From assembly GCA_051313645.2 (NCBI GenBank), contig JBNRSN020000017.1:80476001-80540000 (forward strand): a stretch of 64,000 nt of DNA. The letters are read 5' to 3'. The translations under genes and the position numbers were made by a program. This document shows, in pieces, positions 11,595 to 23,649 of this stretch. This DNA is from Centroscyllium fabricii (lineage: Eukaryota). Below the pieces are notes generated by a model. It saw only the letters and a program-made list of their open reading frames with translations, was not told where the DNA came from and did no database searches. The stretch's first letter is position 1. Every line of letters starts with the position of its first letter.

Positions 11595-13018
11595 TATTAT
11601 GGTTATACTGAGTTGAAAGAATACTCCAGGGAAAGATCTCAAAATCATGTTAGTGAGCCCACCTTCAGAACGTTTCAAGGTCAGTGCCATCCATTTGAGC
11701 CCAAGTAACATTTATCAGTACACCTGAGTATTAGCACAGGTTTGTGCTATTTTTCTTGGTACACCAAGGTAGCAGTAGCTGGTAAAGGCTGATAACATAA
11801 TCGTTACGCTATTCCAGTGCATTCTGATGCTGGCGAGTCTGGAGTTAATCATGTTCCTTCATCGGTACAGTGGCAACTAATACAAGTACACCTGGGTTCT
11901 CTGGATCTGATTCTGCAGTGGGGTACCAATACACCTGGTCCGAAGATGACATTCCTTGTGACGGTTGTTCTTTCTATTCAGGAGATTAATTGTTTTGTAA
12001 CTGAAGTGCATAGATTGAATTGGCAAGTTGAAGTGGAGACTGTCATTAACCATTAATTATGTTCATATTTGTTTTGGTGGTGTTGTGCAGGAATCCATGA
12101 CCCGGTCCTTAATGTAATTCGTTTGGCACAGTGTAAATTATCCTTAGTTACAGACTTGTTGCTACGCATCAGGGAGGCCATGTTCTGGATTAGTTACCTT
12201 AAATAGGTACAATTCTTTGTTTATGTTGTTTTCAATCCCAAAGTCAGGTTTGACTGAGATGTGTCTCGCGTTCTGCACCGGATAATGTCGAGTTTCCACT
12301 GCAAGATGTCAGAAATGCATTGGGATTGAACTTTGTAGGGTGTTGTGTGGCTCTTGAATTGTCCTACATAAACAGGCTCATGTAACATTAAGTGTTTATG
12401 GCTGCCAGCAAAAGCATAATTTTTTTTAAATGTCGCCACTATTTAACTTTTAGCTCAACAGGATAAAAGAATGTACTGCTCACCGCATTCATTGATTCTC
12501 CCTAGGCAAGGATAATGTGATTGTCATAACAGTCACACCTACAATGCTAAACATCTGGGCATTAGTGGAGTTCAACTTAATATGATGTAATTCAGTTTCA
12601 GAATTCTTGTACAGTCTTAACTACTCACTCAAGCATTTAGTTTAAGGTAGCATAACTCAGTTCAGCATTGTCTCTACAGCTTTCAGTATAGTCCCTGCAG
12701 CTTTCAGTTAGTCATTTTCAATTTAGGGAATGATCAATATGCATTAGTCATATGCTTCCTGTTTCAATCTATTGGGTAACATTATAAAGACATATGACCA
12801 CAATATGGCTATATCATAACAGTTTAGAGTTCCTTTGTAAGGTTCTAGTTTTATCTTTATGGCATATCTTTGAAGAACCTTTACTATGGAGTTACTGTTG
12901 GATCACTGATCCTAGCATTTGATCTAAGCATTTTTTATTTATCTAGCTCTGCTTCCAACAATTATTTTGTCAAACATTCTCTTTTTAAATCTCATTTTGA
13001 CTCTTACTCAAATTATCC

Positions 13019-14575
13019 AATCGTAGAATGGTTACAGTACAGAATGAGGCCATTTGGCCCATCAAGCCTGTGCCAGCTCTCTGCAAGAGCACTTCGGCTA
13101 GTTCTACACTCCCGCCCGCTTTTCCCGTAGCCCTGCAAGTTTTGTTTCCTTCAGGTACTTATCCAATTCCCTGTTAAAAGCCACGATTGAGTCTACCTCC
13201 ACCACCCTTTCAGGCCGTGCATTCCAGATACTAACCACTCGCTGCGTAAAAAAAGGTTTTCCCCTCATGTCGTCTTTGAATCTTTTGCCAATCACCTTAA
13301 ATCTGTGTCCTCTGGTTCTCGACCCTTCTGCCAATGGGAACAGTTTCTCTCTGTCTAGACCCCTCATGATTTTGAACACCTCCATCAAATTTCCTCTCAA
13401 CCTTCTCTGCTCCAAGGAGAACAACCCCAGCTTCTCCAGTCTACCCATGTAACTGAAGTCCCTCATCCCTGGAACCATTCTCGTAAATCTTTTCTGCACC
13501 CTCTCTAAGGCCTTCAGATCCTTCCTAAAGTGCATTACCCAGAATTGAACACACTACTCCAGTTGAGGCCGAACCAGTGTTTTATTAAGGTTCATCAAAA
13601 CTTCCTTGCTTTTGTACTCTCTGTCTCTGTTTATGAAGCCCAGGATCCCGTATGCTTTAACTGCTTTCTCAACCTGGCAAGCCTATTATGTGGCACTTTA
13701 TCAGATGCCTTTTGGAAGTCCATGTACACCACGTCAACTGCATTGCCCTCATCAACCCTCTCTGTTACTTTATCAAAAAACTCGATCAAGTTAGTTAAAC
13801 AAGATTTGCCTTTAACAAATCTGTGCTGGCTTTCCTTAATTAATCCACACTTGTCCAAGTGACTTAATTTTGTCCTGGATTATCATTTCTAAAAGCTTCC
13901 CCACTACGGAGGTTGAACTGCCTATAGTTGCTCGGTTTATCCTTACACCCTTGTTTAAAAGGTTTAACATTTGCAATTCTCCAGTCCTCTGGCACCACTC
14001 CTATATCTAAGGAGGATTGGAAGATTGTGGCCGGTACCTCCATGATTTCTACCTTAACTTCCCTCCGCATCCTAGGAGGCATTCCAACCGGTCCTGGTGA
14101 CTTATCAACTTTAAGTACAGCCATTCTTTTCTAAAACCTCCCCTATTAATTTTTATCCCTTCCAGTATCTCCACTACCTCCTTTTTCACTGACTTTGGCA
14201 ACATCATCTTCATTGAGGAAGACAGATACAAGTGCTCATTTAGTATCTCGGCCATGCCCTCTACCTCCATGCGTAGGTTTCCTTTTTGGTCCCTAATAGG
14301 CCCCACCCCTCCTCTTACTGCCTGTTTACTATTTATATGTCTATAGAAGACTTTTGAATTCCCTTTTATGTCAGCTGCCAATCTATTCTCATATTCTCTC
14401 TGCCCCGCTTACATTCTTTTTCACTTCCCCTTCTGAACTCTCTATATTCAGCCTGATTCTCATTTGTATTCTCAACCTGACATCGGTCATACGTGCTCTT
14501 TTTCTGCTTCATCTTACTCGCTATTTCTTTCGTCATCCAGGGAATCTCTGAATTTGGCCGTCCTGCCTTTTCTCA
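13019..14575 (-). mobile_element. Degenerate, internally deleted CR1 LINE
   Basis: Fragmented ORFs carrying KSPGP, QHRFVKGKSCLTNLIEFF, VYMDFQKA and LEKLGLFSLEQRRLRG motifs. Confidence 0.9.
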
Positions 14576-15893
14576 ATGACCTGGACAAAAGCTTTAATTC
14601 AGCCAAGAGAGAGTATTTATCAGGCAATCTTTATTAAGTCACTTTTTTTGTCCCAAGGACTCGAGTCTTGTTTGCTCCTCAGTGAGAGTAGTAATAGAAG
14701 ATTCTTTTGAGGAAACCTTCATTTGGCACAATCGCTCAAGATCAACAAGTAAATTAAATTGTAAGGTTCCAGTTAAAAGTTTTGACTAATTTATTTCTGT
14801 AGGTCTTTCATGTGCAGTTGAAATTAACCAGGTGTAATGCCTATGTGTAATTGTTGATTGACTTATCCTGATTCCCATTATTGCTGGTTGAGTGGAGAGG
14901 AAAGTCCTTTTTGTTTTTGTCTTGATTTACACTACTTCATTCGGGGTTCAAACACCAGCATGTCTTTTTTGTGAGGAAGTTAACCCTATAGTATCTGAAT
15001 TTCCACAGTTTCTCCTACAAAAAATGAGTGAGATAACAAGAGAACTTGCCTCCCTTGATCTTCGGAGTTTGTTGCTTCAGGCATTTTAAGCCTTCTAATT
15101 TCTAAAATCTTTACTTCTGTTGTTTTTGTGTGTATCTTTTAATCAGTGAACTGGAATTTGAATGGGAGAAACCATATTTGAGCAGTAACGAGTAGTTTTG
15201 CTGCATTTTATGCAAATTGTCACATTAAGTTTTAACAGACTTTCTGCTTGCATTAGAAGAAACCGTTTGCTTAGGTTTAGACACTTGTGAATTCTCAGGA
15301 CTGCATATGAGGTGATGTCTATAGAGACTGCCAAAATAGGGAATGCGAAAGGCAATTTACATGATTGCAGAAGGATGTACACTGTTGAAAGAACTCTCTC
15401 CTCAGTGGAGTTTGATGATTTGAGCGATACCCTAGGATGACGCATACTTTTTAAAATTGACTTTGAAAGTGGAGCTTTTTAAAAATACAAAGTGCCATCT
15501 CTCTGTGTGCAGTGTTAGTTTAAACTGGCTTCTGTTACTTGGCTTGAGTTTGAAAAGAAAATTACACAAATCTAATTTTTTGCATTAAGTTGTTTTGATT
15601 GCATATTTGGTGAAAATTGGATCATAATTTTTCCTCAAATCTTTGGTACTGTTAGCTACATTTTTGTAGTCCTCTTGGAAGGGTTTTGAAAGCAATTTGA
15701 ATAAAGTATGCAATGTTGTGTATTAACTGAGAACATTTAATACTGTAACTGGACTAATGCATTGTCAAAGATTGTTAAACTACAAGCTTTATTCCAGCAA
15801 ATCTGAACACTGTCTTGGGCATACCAAGCAGATATAAGATGCTTCCCCTCAGAGCAGGTAAATGACTGGTAGAGTACAGCTGTTGTACTGATA

Positions 15894-17048
15894 CAGGTTG
15901 AGCACCGTTTATCCGATAACCGATGAACGCACCCCCCCCCGAAGCCCAGGTTCCGAGAGGGTTCAGGGGGAGCGCGAGAAGCAGGTCACAGGCCTCCAGG
16001 CGCTTCGGAGCTCGGCGTATTCGGAAGGAGCCGGCATGCCGGACCAAGGGGCAGGCCCAGGGCCTTCGATTGCTGCACCCGGAGCCCAGGTCTATCGAGC
16101 GGATGCAGGGGAGTGAGTGAAAGAACAGAAGAAGGTCGGCGAGTGAAACCGCAGAAAGGACTTTAAGAACTTTGCATGCAGGAGAGGTCGGAGTGGTGCG
16201 AGAACGGGACTTGTGATTGATGGCGCTGGTGAGGTGGCTGCCGTCTCACGGGCTCCGGGCGTGACGGGCAGCTTAGTGTTCTTTGTTGCGCGGTGCGTTC
16301 GAACCGTGAAAAAAGCATTTCACTGTCTAGATTACACTTGTATTGAGTACATGTGACAAATAAAATTGAATTGAAAAGCCGGCAACTTCAGTCGTCCGGC
16401 ATAAATCGCTCCGACTGCCCTGCGCATGTGCAAAATGGCCGCCGCGACCGAGGCTTCGCCGACTGATCTGCGCATGCGCTCGCCATTCGGTGGTGCATGC
16501 GCAGATCATTCGCTGAAGCTTCGATCGCGGCGGCCATTTTGCGCATGCGCAGGGCAGTCGGGACGAGCAGACAGACAGGAGAGGACAGGCGAGAGAGCAG
16601 CAGCAGAGCCCACTCCAGCCTTTGATCAGCCAGCAGGCCTGGCACATTCTCACTCACCGTCCCGATGGCTTCATGAGATGCCGACCCCATGGAAGGCAGC
16701 AGTGGCTTCAGCAGCGACTCGGAGCCGGGAGCTCCGGCATCTCGGAGTCGCTGGGAGACGAGGAGGAGAAGGAAGAGGCCTTCTCCAACCTGTCGGATGA
16801 GGAGCAGATGCCCGACATCGGGGGCCCAACTTCGCGGCGGCCATTTCGCATGATCTGCGCATGCGCTCTCCATTCGGTGCATGCGCAGATCACTCAAAAC
16901 ATCGGCGGCCATTGCCAATGTTATGCGCATGCGTGCGGCCATTTTGAATGGTGTGTGCATGCGCACTGGCAGCATCACACTTCCGGTTTTTTCGCTATAC
17001 CGGCCCGGGCCTCGTCCCGCCCGTGTCGGTATAACGGTGCTCAACCTG
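15894..17048. mobile_element. Tigger-like MITE, family B variant, with ~150-bp palindrome, acidic coding-like cargo and nested retroposon
   Basis: TA|CAGGTTGAGCACCG...CGGTGCTCAACCTG|TA; subterminal sequences match 3628-4065 but the centre differs. Confidence 0.88.
15928..16375 (+). mobile_element. GC-rich non-autonomous retroposon nested in the MITE
   Basis: Interrupts the MITE subterminal sequence; ends TTTCACTGT...GTACATGTGACAAATAAA(ATTGA)n; flanked by TGAA on both sides. Confidence 0.6.
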
Positions 17049-17507
17049 TAGTATGTACCTTTTTATATAGAGCACAGAAGTGAATTGATCCATGCCTCAG
17101 TTATATTTACCAAAATACGACTTGAAATCTCAATTACTAAGCCTTACCATTCAGTATTTGTGGTATAACAGTAACAGATTAATTAACTACTATTGCATAT
17201 ATTTTTTTTGCCTTTCCAGCTGAATTAAAATGCTCCCCAGTGCAGGGAAACTTTGATTTTAAATATTGATGTGCTCCTGGGCCCTTGTAAATTCAGCAGT
17301 ATTGTACCCATGATGATAAAGCTTCATAATGCCAATAATGAAGATACCAAACAAACAATATTTCTATTTATGGATCTCGAGGTTAAATACTGATTTTTTT
17401 TAATAGACTTTTTTAATGCATCTCACCAAAGTCTATGCTCTGAAATTTAAGGCACTGGTTTGTGTCTTAACCGGGATCACAAAAGGAGGGTGTTACTTTG
17501 CATTTCA

Positions 17508-17700
17508 GGATGTGGAGATGCCGGCGTTGGACTGGGGTGGACAAATGTAAGAAGTCACACAACACCGGGTTATAGTCCAACAGCTTTATTAGAAATCACA
17601 AGCTTTCGGAGAGCGGCTCCTTGGTCACCTGACGAAGGAGCTTGTGATTTCTCATAAAGCTGTTGGACTATAACCCGGTGTTGTAACTTCTTACACTTGT
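17508..17700. mobile_element. Penelope-like inverted (fold-back) terminal repeat with two partial hammerhead motifs
   Basis: The arm ACAACACCGGGTTATAGTCCAACAGCTTTAT..GAAATCACAAGCT and its reverse complement flank TCACCTGACGAAGGAGC; homologous to 1655-1787. Confidence 0.75.
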
Positions 17701-18364
17701 TCAATAACTGTTCCCTGAGCCTGAGCCATGGAACTATGACATGTTCAGGGCAACAGCGTACCTGAACTGTCGCGAGTCTTTTAAACCCTCCTGAAAATGC
17801 ACTGTCAACTCATTGTGCATCACTCTATTCGAACAGATTCCTCGGAGTATTGCCGTGCCTTCCACACTGTTGCATTAGGGAATGTTTCCTCTTTTTAGAT
17901 GAGGAAAATGTATTCACCAAAATTTGGCTTTCTTAAAAAGAGAAGCGCAGATTTCCTCGGGTACCAGGAGGAACACAAATTCAGGCCTCATTCCCTGCTG
18001 TGCTGTTCCATGACATCATCTACGAGAGGCAGGATCTTTGGTGTCTCATAGCTGCAGCAGAAACGTGGAGCTGGCTGGCTGGAGAATTGCTCTGCAGCCA
18101 TTGCATTCCAGGAAACTGCTACTGGCTGAGATGTAGAGGATCCAACCAGTGGTGGCATTTCCTGACTTACTCAGGTTCTGGGATGGCTCTTGGGCTTGTC
18201 TGAAGTTGTAGCCCCCACTTCACAATTGCGCTGTTTCAGGTGACACCCCCATCTGTGACGTCATGACCTAACCTAGCAGGGAGGGAGGCTCTGCCTTGGT
18301 TAGTTCCCAGCAACTGAGAATTGGCATTGTTTTTCTAATAATGTTAAATGGAATTGTGGCGAGT

Positions 18365-20928
18365 ACGTTTTATTCTGGACCAATATGTCAAGGAACTAAC
18401 TAGAGATCAGGCCATCTTAGACTGGGTATTATGTAATGAGAAAGGATTAATTAGCAATCTTGTTGTGAGAGGCCCCTTGGATCGGAGCGATCATAATATG
18501 ATAGAATTCTTTATTAAGATGGAGAGTGAAGTAGTCGACTCAGACTAGGGTCCTGAATAAAGGAAACTACGATGGTATGAGGCGCGAGTTCGCTAGGATG
18601 GATTGGGGAACGTTACTTAGGTTTGACTGGATAGGCAATGGCAAACATTTAAAGGTCACATGGATGAACTACAGAATTTGTTCATCCCTGTTTGGCATAA
18701 AAATAAAACAGAAAAGGTGGCGCAACTGTGGCTAACCAGGGAAAATAAGGATAGCATAAGATCCAAGGAGAGGACATAAAATTGGCCATAAAAACCAGCA
18801 AACCTGAGGATTGGGAGCAGTTTAGGATTCAGCAAAGGAGGACAAAAGGATTAATTAAGAGGGGGAAAATAGAGTATGATAGTAAGCTTGCAGGGAGCGT
18901 AAAAACTGACTGTAAAAGCTTCTATAGATTGGTGAAGAGAAAAAGATTGGTGAAGTCAAGCATAGGTCCCTTGCAGTCAGAATTATGCAGGTTAGGTTAA
19001 TTGGAGATACTAAAAATTGCCCATGAGTATGTGTGTGAGATATAGTTCTTAGAGTTGGGGGTTATGGGGAGAGGGTAGGAAGGGGGTGCTGGGTTTGGAT
19101 GATCAGCCATGATCTCATCGAAAATGGCAGAGCAGGCTCGAAGCGCCGAATGGCCTACTCCTGCTCCTGTGTTTCTGTGTTATAATGGGGAACAAAGAAA
19201 TGGATGACCAATTAAATACATATTTTGGTTATGTCTTCACAAAGGAGGACACAAATAACCTCCCAGAGATGTTGAGGAACATAGGGTCTAATGAGAGGAA
19301 GGAATTGAATGAAATCAGTATTTGTAGGGAAATGGTGTTGGGGAAATTGATGGGATTGAAGGCCGATAAATCCCCAGGGCCTGATGATCTACGTCCTAGG
19401 ATACTCAAGGAAGTGGCCCGAGAAATAGTAGATGCATTGCTGGTCATCTTCCAAAATTCAATAGACTCTGGCACAGTTCCCATGGATTGGAGGGTAGCTA
19501 ATGTTACCCCACCATTTTAAAAACGTGGTAGAGAGAAAACGGGGAATTATAGACTGGTAAGCCTGACATCTAGTGGGGAAAATGCTAGAGTCCATTATAA
19601 AAGATGTACTAGCAGAGCACTTGGAAAACCGTGACGGGATAGGTCAAAGTCAACATGGATTTGCAAAAGGTAAATCATGCTTGACTAATCTACTGGAATT
19701 TTTTGAGAATGTAACTGGTAGAACAGATAAGGGAGAACCAGTGGATGTGGTGTATTTGGACATTCAGAAGGCTTTCAATAAGGTCCCGCATAAGAGATTA
19801 GCGTGCAAAGTTAAAGCACATGGGATCGGGGGGTAAGGTACTGACTGGGATAGAGAACTGGTTGGCAGACAGGAAGCAAAGAGTTGGAATAAACGGGTCT
19901 TTGAGTGGCAGGCAGTGACTAGTGGGGTACAGCAAAGATCGGTGCTAGGACTCCAGCTATTCACAATATATATTAATGATCTAGACGAGGGAACTAGATG
20001 TAATAGCTCCAGGTTTGCAGACGACACGAAGATGGGTGGGCGTGTGCGCTGTGAGGAGGATGCAGAGAAACTCCAGTATGATTTGGACAGGTTGGGTGAT
20101 TGGGCAGATGCAGTATAATGTGGATAAATGCGAGGTTATCCACTTTGGTGGCAAAAACAGGAGGGCAGATTATTATCTGAATGGCAATAGATTGGGAGAA
20201 GGGGAAGTGCAATGAGACCTGGGTGTCCTTGTGCACCAGTCGCTGAAGGTAAGCATGCAGGTGCAGCAGGCGGTTAAGAAGGCAAATGGTATGTTGGCCT
20301 TCATAGCGAGAGAGTTTGAGTACACGAACAAGGATGTCTTGCTGCAGTTGTACAGGGCCTTGGTGAGACCACACCTTGAGTATTGTGTGCAGTTTTGGTC
20401 GCCTTATCTGAGGAAGGATGTTCTTGCCATGGAAGGAGTGCAGCAAAGATTCACCAGACTGATACCTGGGATGGCAGAAATGACGTACAAGGAGAGATTG
20501 GGTCGATTGGGCTTATACTCGCTGGAGTTCAGAAGAATGAGAGGGGATCTCATTGAAACTTATAAAATTCTAACAGGACTAGACAGACTAGATGCAGGAA
20601 GGATGTTCCCGATGGCCGGGGAGTCCAGAACCAGGTGTCACAATCTAAGGGTAAGCCATTTAGGACAGAGATGAGGAGGAATTTCTTCACCGAGAGTGGT
20701 GAACCTGTGGAATTCTCTATCGCAGAACGCAGTTGAGGCCAATTCATTAAATATATTCAAGAAGGAGTTGGATATATTTCTTAAGGCTAAAAGGATTGAG
20801 GGATATGGGGAGAAAGCAGGGACAGGGTACTGAATTTGGATGGTCAGCCATGATCTCATTGAATGGCAGAGCAGGCGCGAGGGGCTGAATGGCCTACTCC
20901 TGCTCCTATCATCTTTGTTTCTAGGTTT
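18365..20928 (+). mobile_element. CR1 LINE, degenerate ORF2 (endonuclease C-terminus to RT) and 3' UTR; nested V-SINE type 2 fragment ~18986-19180
   Basis: Motifs LDWVLCN, SDHNMI, KSPGPD, QHGFAKGKSCLTNLLEFF, GVQQRSVLG, FADDTK, LVRPHLEYCVQFW; multiple frameshifts. Confidence 0.93.
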
Positions 20929-21376
20929 CTCCCATTAAAAAGGACAGTAGGGAAGCAGAGTCTCTTAAATGAAATGTACAGTTCCTAGATTTGTCTTTTC
21001 CTTTAATAATGAAATGGCATACTAAATAGATCCAAATTGCTTGGAATGTGATAGTGTAATTCATGTTTACAAAAAATAGATTTCATTGGACTGAAGAAAT
21101 GCATAGCTGTGAAGTAATTTCATCGAAACCTGGTATTTTCCATGTTATCTGGCAGCATCCGCTTTTGTTTGCAGTAAGCATTCCGATATTGCCAGCTTGG
21201 CATTTTGCAGTTTTCAGTTTAGTGTAGCCACAGACAAGTTAAAACACTGGGTGTTTAGTTTCAGCTCAGCATTCCGACGTTGAAGGTAAAAATACTGGTA
21301 CAGTCATTAATAGATGCCTGTAGTAAACTGGGTGTCTAGCCCCATATGGCAGTGATTATATCCAGTTTTGTTAGTA

Positions 21377-22122
21377 CAGGTACACTATCGTTTATCCGAA
21401 AACCTCGGGACCGGACGGTTCTCGGATTTCGCATAATTTCGGTTTTCGGAATGGGAGCAATTAACTTACGTTTTTCTGCAGCGAATCTTGTAAATACAGG
21501 TTGAAATGGCCGCCGGGTTTGATGCTTGGTGGAGCTTGCCTGTCTTAAGATCAGGTGGTGTGTGAGCTGGGCTGTGATTGGTGGAGCTTGACTGTCTCGG
21601 ATGAGGTTGTGTGTGAGCTGGGCTGTGATTGGTGGAGCTTGCCTGTCTCTGATGAGGTGGTGTGTGAGCTGGGCTATGATTGGTGGAGCTTGCCTGTCTA
21701 GGGCCAAGTGGTGTGTGAGCTGGGCTGTGATTGGTGGAGCTTTCCTGTCTAGGGTCAGGTGGTGTGAGCTGGGCTGTGATTGGTGGAGCTTGCCTTTCTA
21801 GGATCAGGTGGTGAGAGCTGGGCTGTGATTGGTGGAGCTTGCCTATCTAAGGTCAGGTGGTGTGAGAGCCCGGGGGCTGTGATTGGCTGCAGCCGCTGAG
21901 TTTAAACTTCCGGTGGCCATTTTGAATAATCAGTCGTCATTCACAAAATGCGATAAAGAATGACTATAAGCAGTTTATAAATGCTCTAATGAAGTTTATT
22001 TGTATGGGAAACATTCAATAAAGTACGCCGTGTCCTTTTTCGCGCACAACTCGGGTCATTTGAAATTTCGGTTTTCAGAGCTTTTTGATTTTTGGATGTG
22101 CGGATAAGGGATTGTGTACCTG
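21377..22122. mobile_element. Tigger-like MITE (CAGGTACAC ends) containing a ~52-bp minisatellite
   Basis: TA|CAGGTACACTATCGTTTATCCG...CGGATAAGGGATTGTGTACCTG|TA. Confidence 0.85.
21527..21888. repeat. Minisatellite, ~52-bp unit, about 7 copies
   Basis: Unit GGTGGAGCTTGCCTGTCT...AGGTGGTGTGTGAGCTGGGCTGTGATT. Confidence 0.92.
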
Positions 22123-23546
22123 TACACTGTCACAAATATTTGCTATTTGGTGCTGTGCTGCTAGTTCAGTGACAAACCCAGTATCTCTTGTTTGATAGAT
22201 TTGAAATGGTGAAATAAAATGTCAGTGTAATGCATGGCTTGTTTTTCAAATGGCAAAATAAACATGTTCCTTAAAGTGGGAACGGCCATCTGTCTGTTTT
22301 CTTTTCTGTGTGATTTTGTGGATATGTATAAACGTGTAGTGAAAATGTAACTCCTCTCTGCATCTTGTGGTGGTGGAAAGTCTTCATATCAATTCATTTG
22401 AAACCAGCCTCATTTCCCCAGACCAAATAAAATCTTGCCGTGGGCCACATTGTCCTTGGCAACTAACAGCCATGGTTTTTTGCTCCAAGGAACTGAGCCA
22501 CATACAATATCAAAGGTCCAGATTCATTTCCTAATCTCTGCATAGTTAACTAAGCTCAGCTGGGGTAGTGGAATTAATGCTGCAATCAGCCTGAGTGCCC
22601 CTTGGCCAGGGAGGAGAACATTCAGCTGGAGTTCCCATCCCTGATCGTTATCTGGTGAACTGTATGGGGTGGGAGGTTTGGTGTTGGATGACAAAAGAAT
22701 TGTGCTTAGCTACTTCCCAGCTCTTATCTGCTCTGGAAAAACTGTTTGCTAAATTATAATTGATAATTGTCTTACTGTGCAATGTACAGGATTATATTGT
22801 TGTGCAATCCCAGAACCTTGCACAGAATGTGTAATGAGACATTTGTTGCTGAAGTCTCACAGAAAAGGCAGCAAAAGAGTGAAGCTGTATGTCCCCAAAA
22901 ATTAAAACAAACTGACAAGATTTAAGAGGCAGTCCTCACTTTCTTCCGATTGAGAGATGTACAACGTCACAAAGTCTAAAGAAAAATACTTGAATTCATT
23001 ACAGAATTGTAGATATGTTTGGTTTTCCTTCCTATAAAGCCATGTGCCTTCATCGCAAGCAATCCTTCATTGAATTATGTAACTAATGGAAATTTGAGTC
23101 TGATGTAAACTGGGGGTGGTGGGTATTGGAGGTTAGATCTTTTGATTGCCTTGCATCCCTTTGCTAACTTGAAATATTTGTGCTTTGTGGAAAAAGCTGT
23201 CACAGGCTGACAATATTCTGTAAGTAAAAGACCATATAGCCTTGTTAAAATGGAACTTAAAAGTGGTTGGATTTGCCTAGTTACAGTATGAATGTATTTC
23301 ATTTATTCACTTTCTGCTTGCGACTGTTAGTTTTCCTTACAGGTTTAAAAACCTGTAAATGGACTTTTAAATATTCTGGCTTTTCAAGATGTGGGGGATA
23401 AGTTTGAGGTCTCCACATGTTTGAGTGCTCTACTTATTATTAATTACCCAAGTTGTTCAGCAAAAACACAGCATCTAGGACCTAGTGGATGGTATGATTT
23501 AACGTATTATCTTTCCATTCCCTTATTTCTCACTTTTTTTGAACAG

Positions 23547-23649
23547 TTAAACGCAAAGCATTGAAGTTGAATTTTGCCAACCCAGCCTTCAAGACAACAG
23601 CACGGCTTACATTAAATCCAACGGGAGTTCACTTTCAGAACCCACACAT
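23547..23649 (+). CDS. MAP2K4: MAP2K4 coding exon (human exon 2 equivalent; MAPK docking D-domain)
   Basis: ttttgaacAG|TT AAA CGC...CAC AT|GTAAGT; 103 nt; KRKALKLNFANPAFKTTARLTLNPTGVHFQNPH. Confidence 0.97.

Noticed and set aside
16388-17044. 218-aa and overlapping ORFs in GC-rich MITEs (also 2451-2885, 55950-56564)
   Set aside because: Open on several frames because of high GC and palindromes; no transposase or other domain recognised.
17760-18200. Possible L1/Tx1 C-terminal relic on the - strand (VWKAR-like)
   Set aside because: Only one weak motif; cannot be supported without a search.
21527-21888. CRISPR-like array (also 2617-2790)
   Set aside because: Linkers are homologous to each other, the context is a eukaryotic intron, and there are no cas genes; these are minisatellites.
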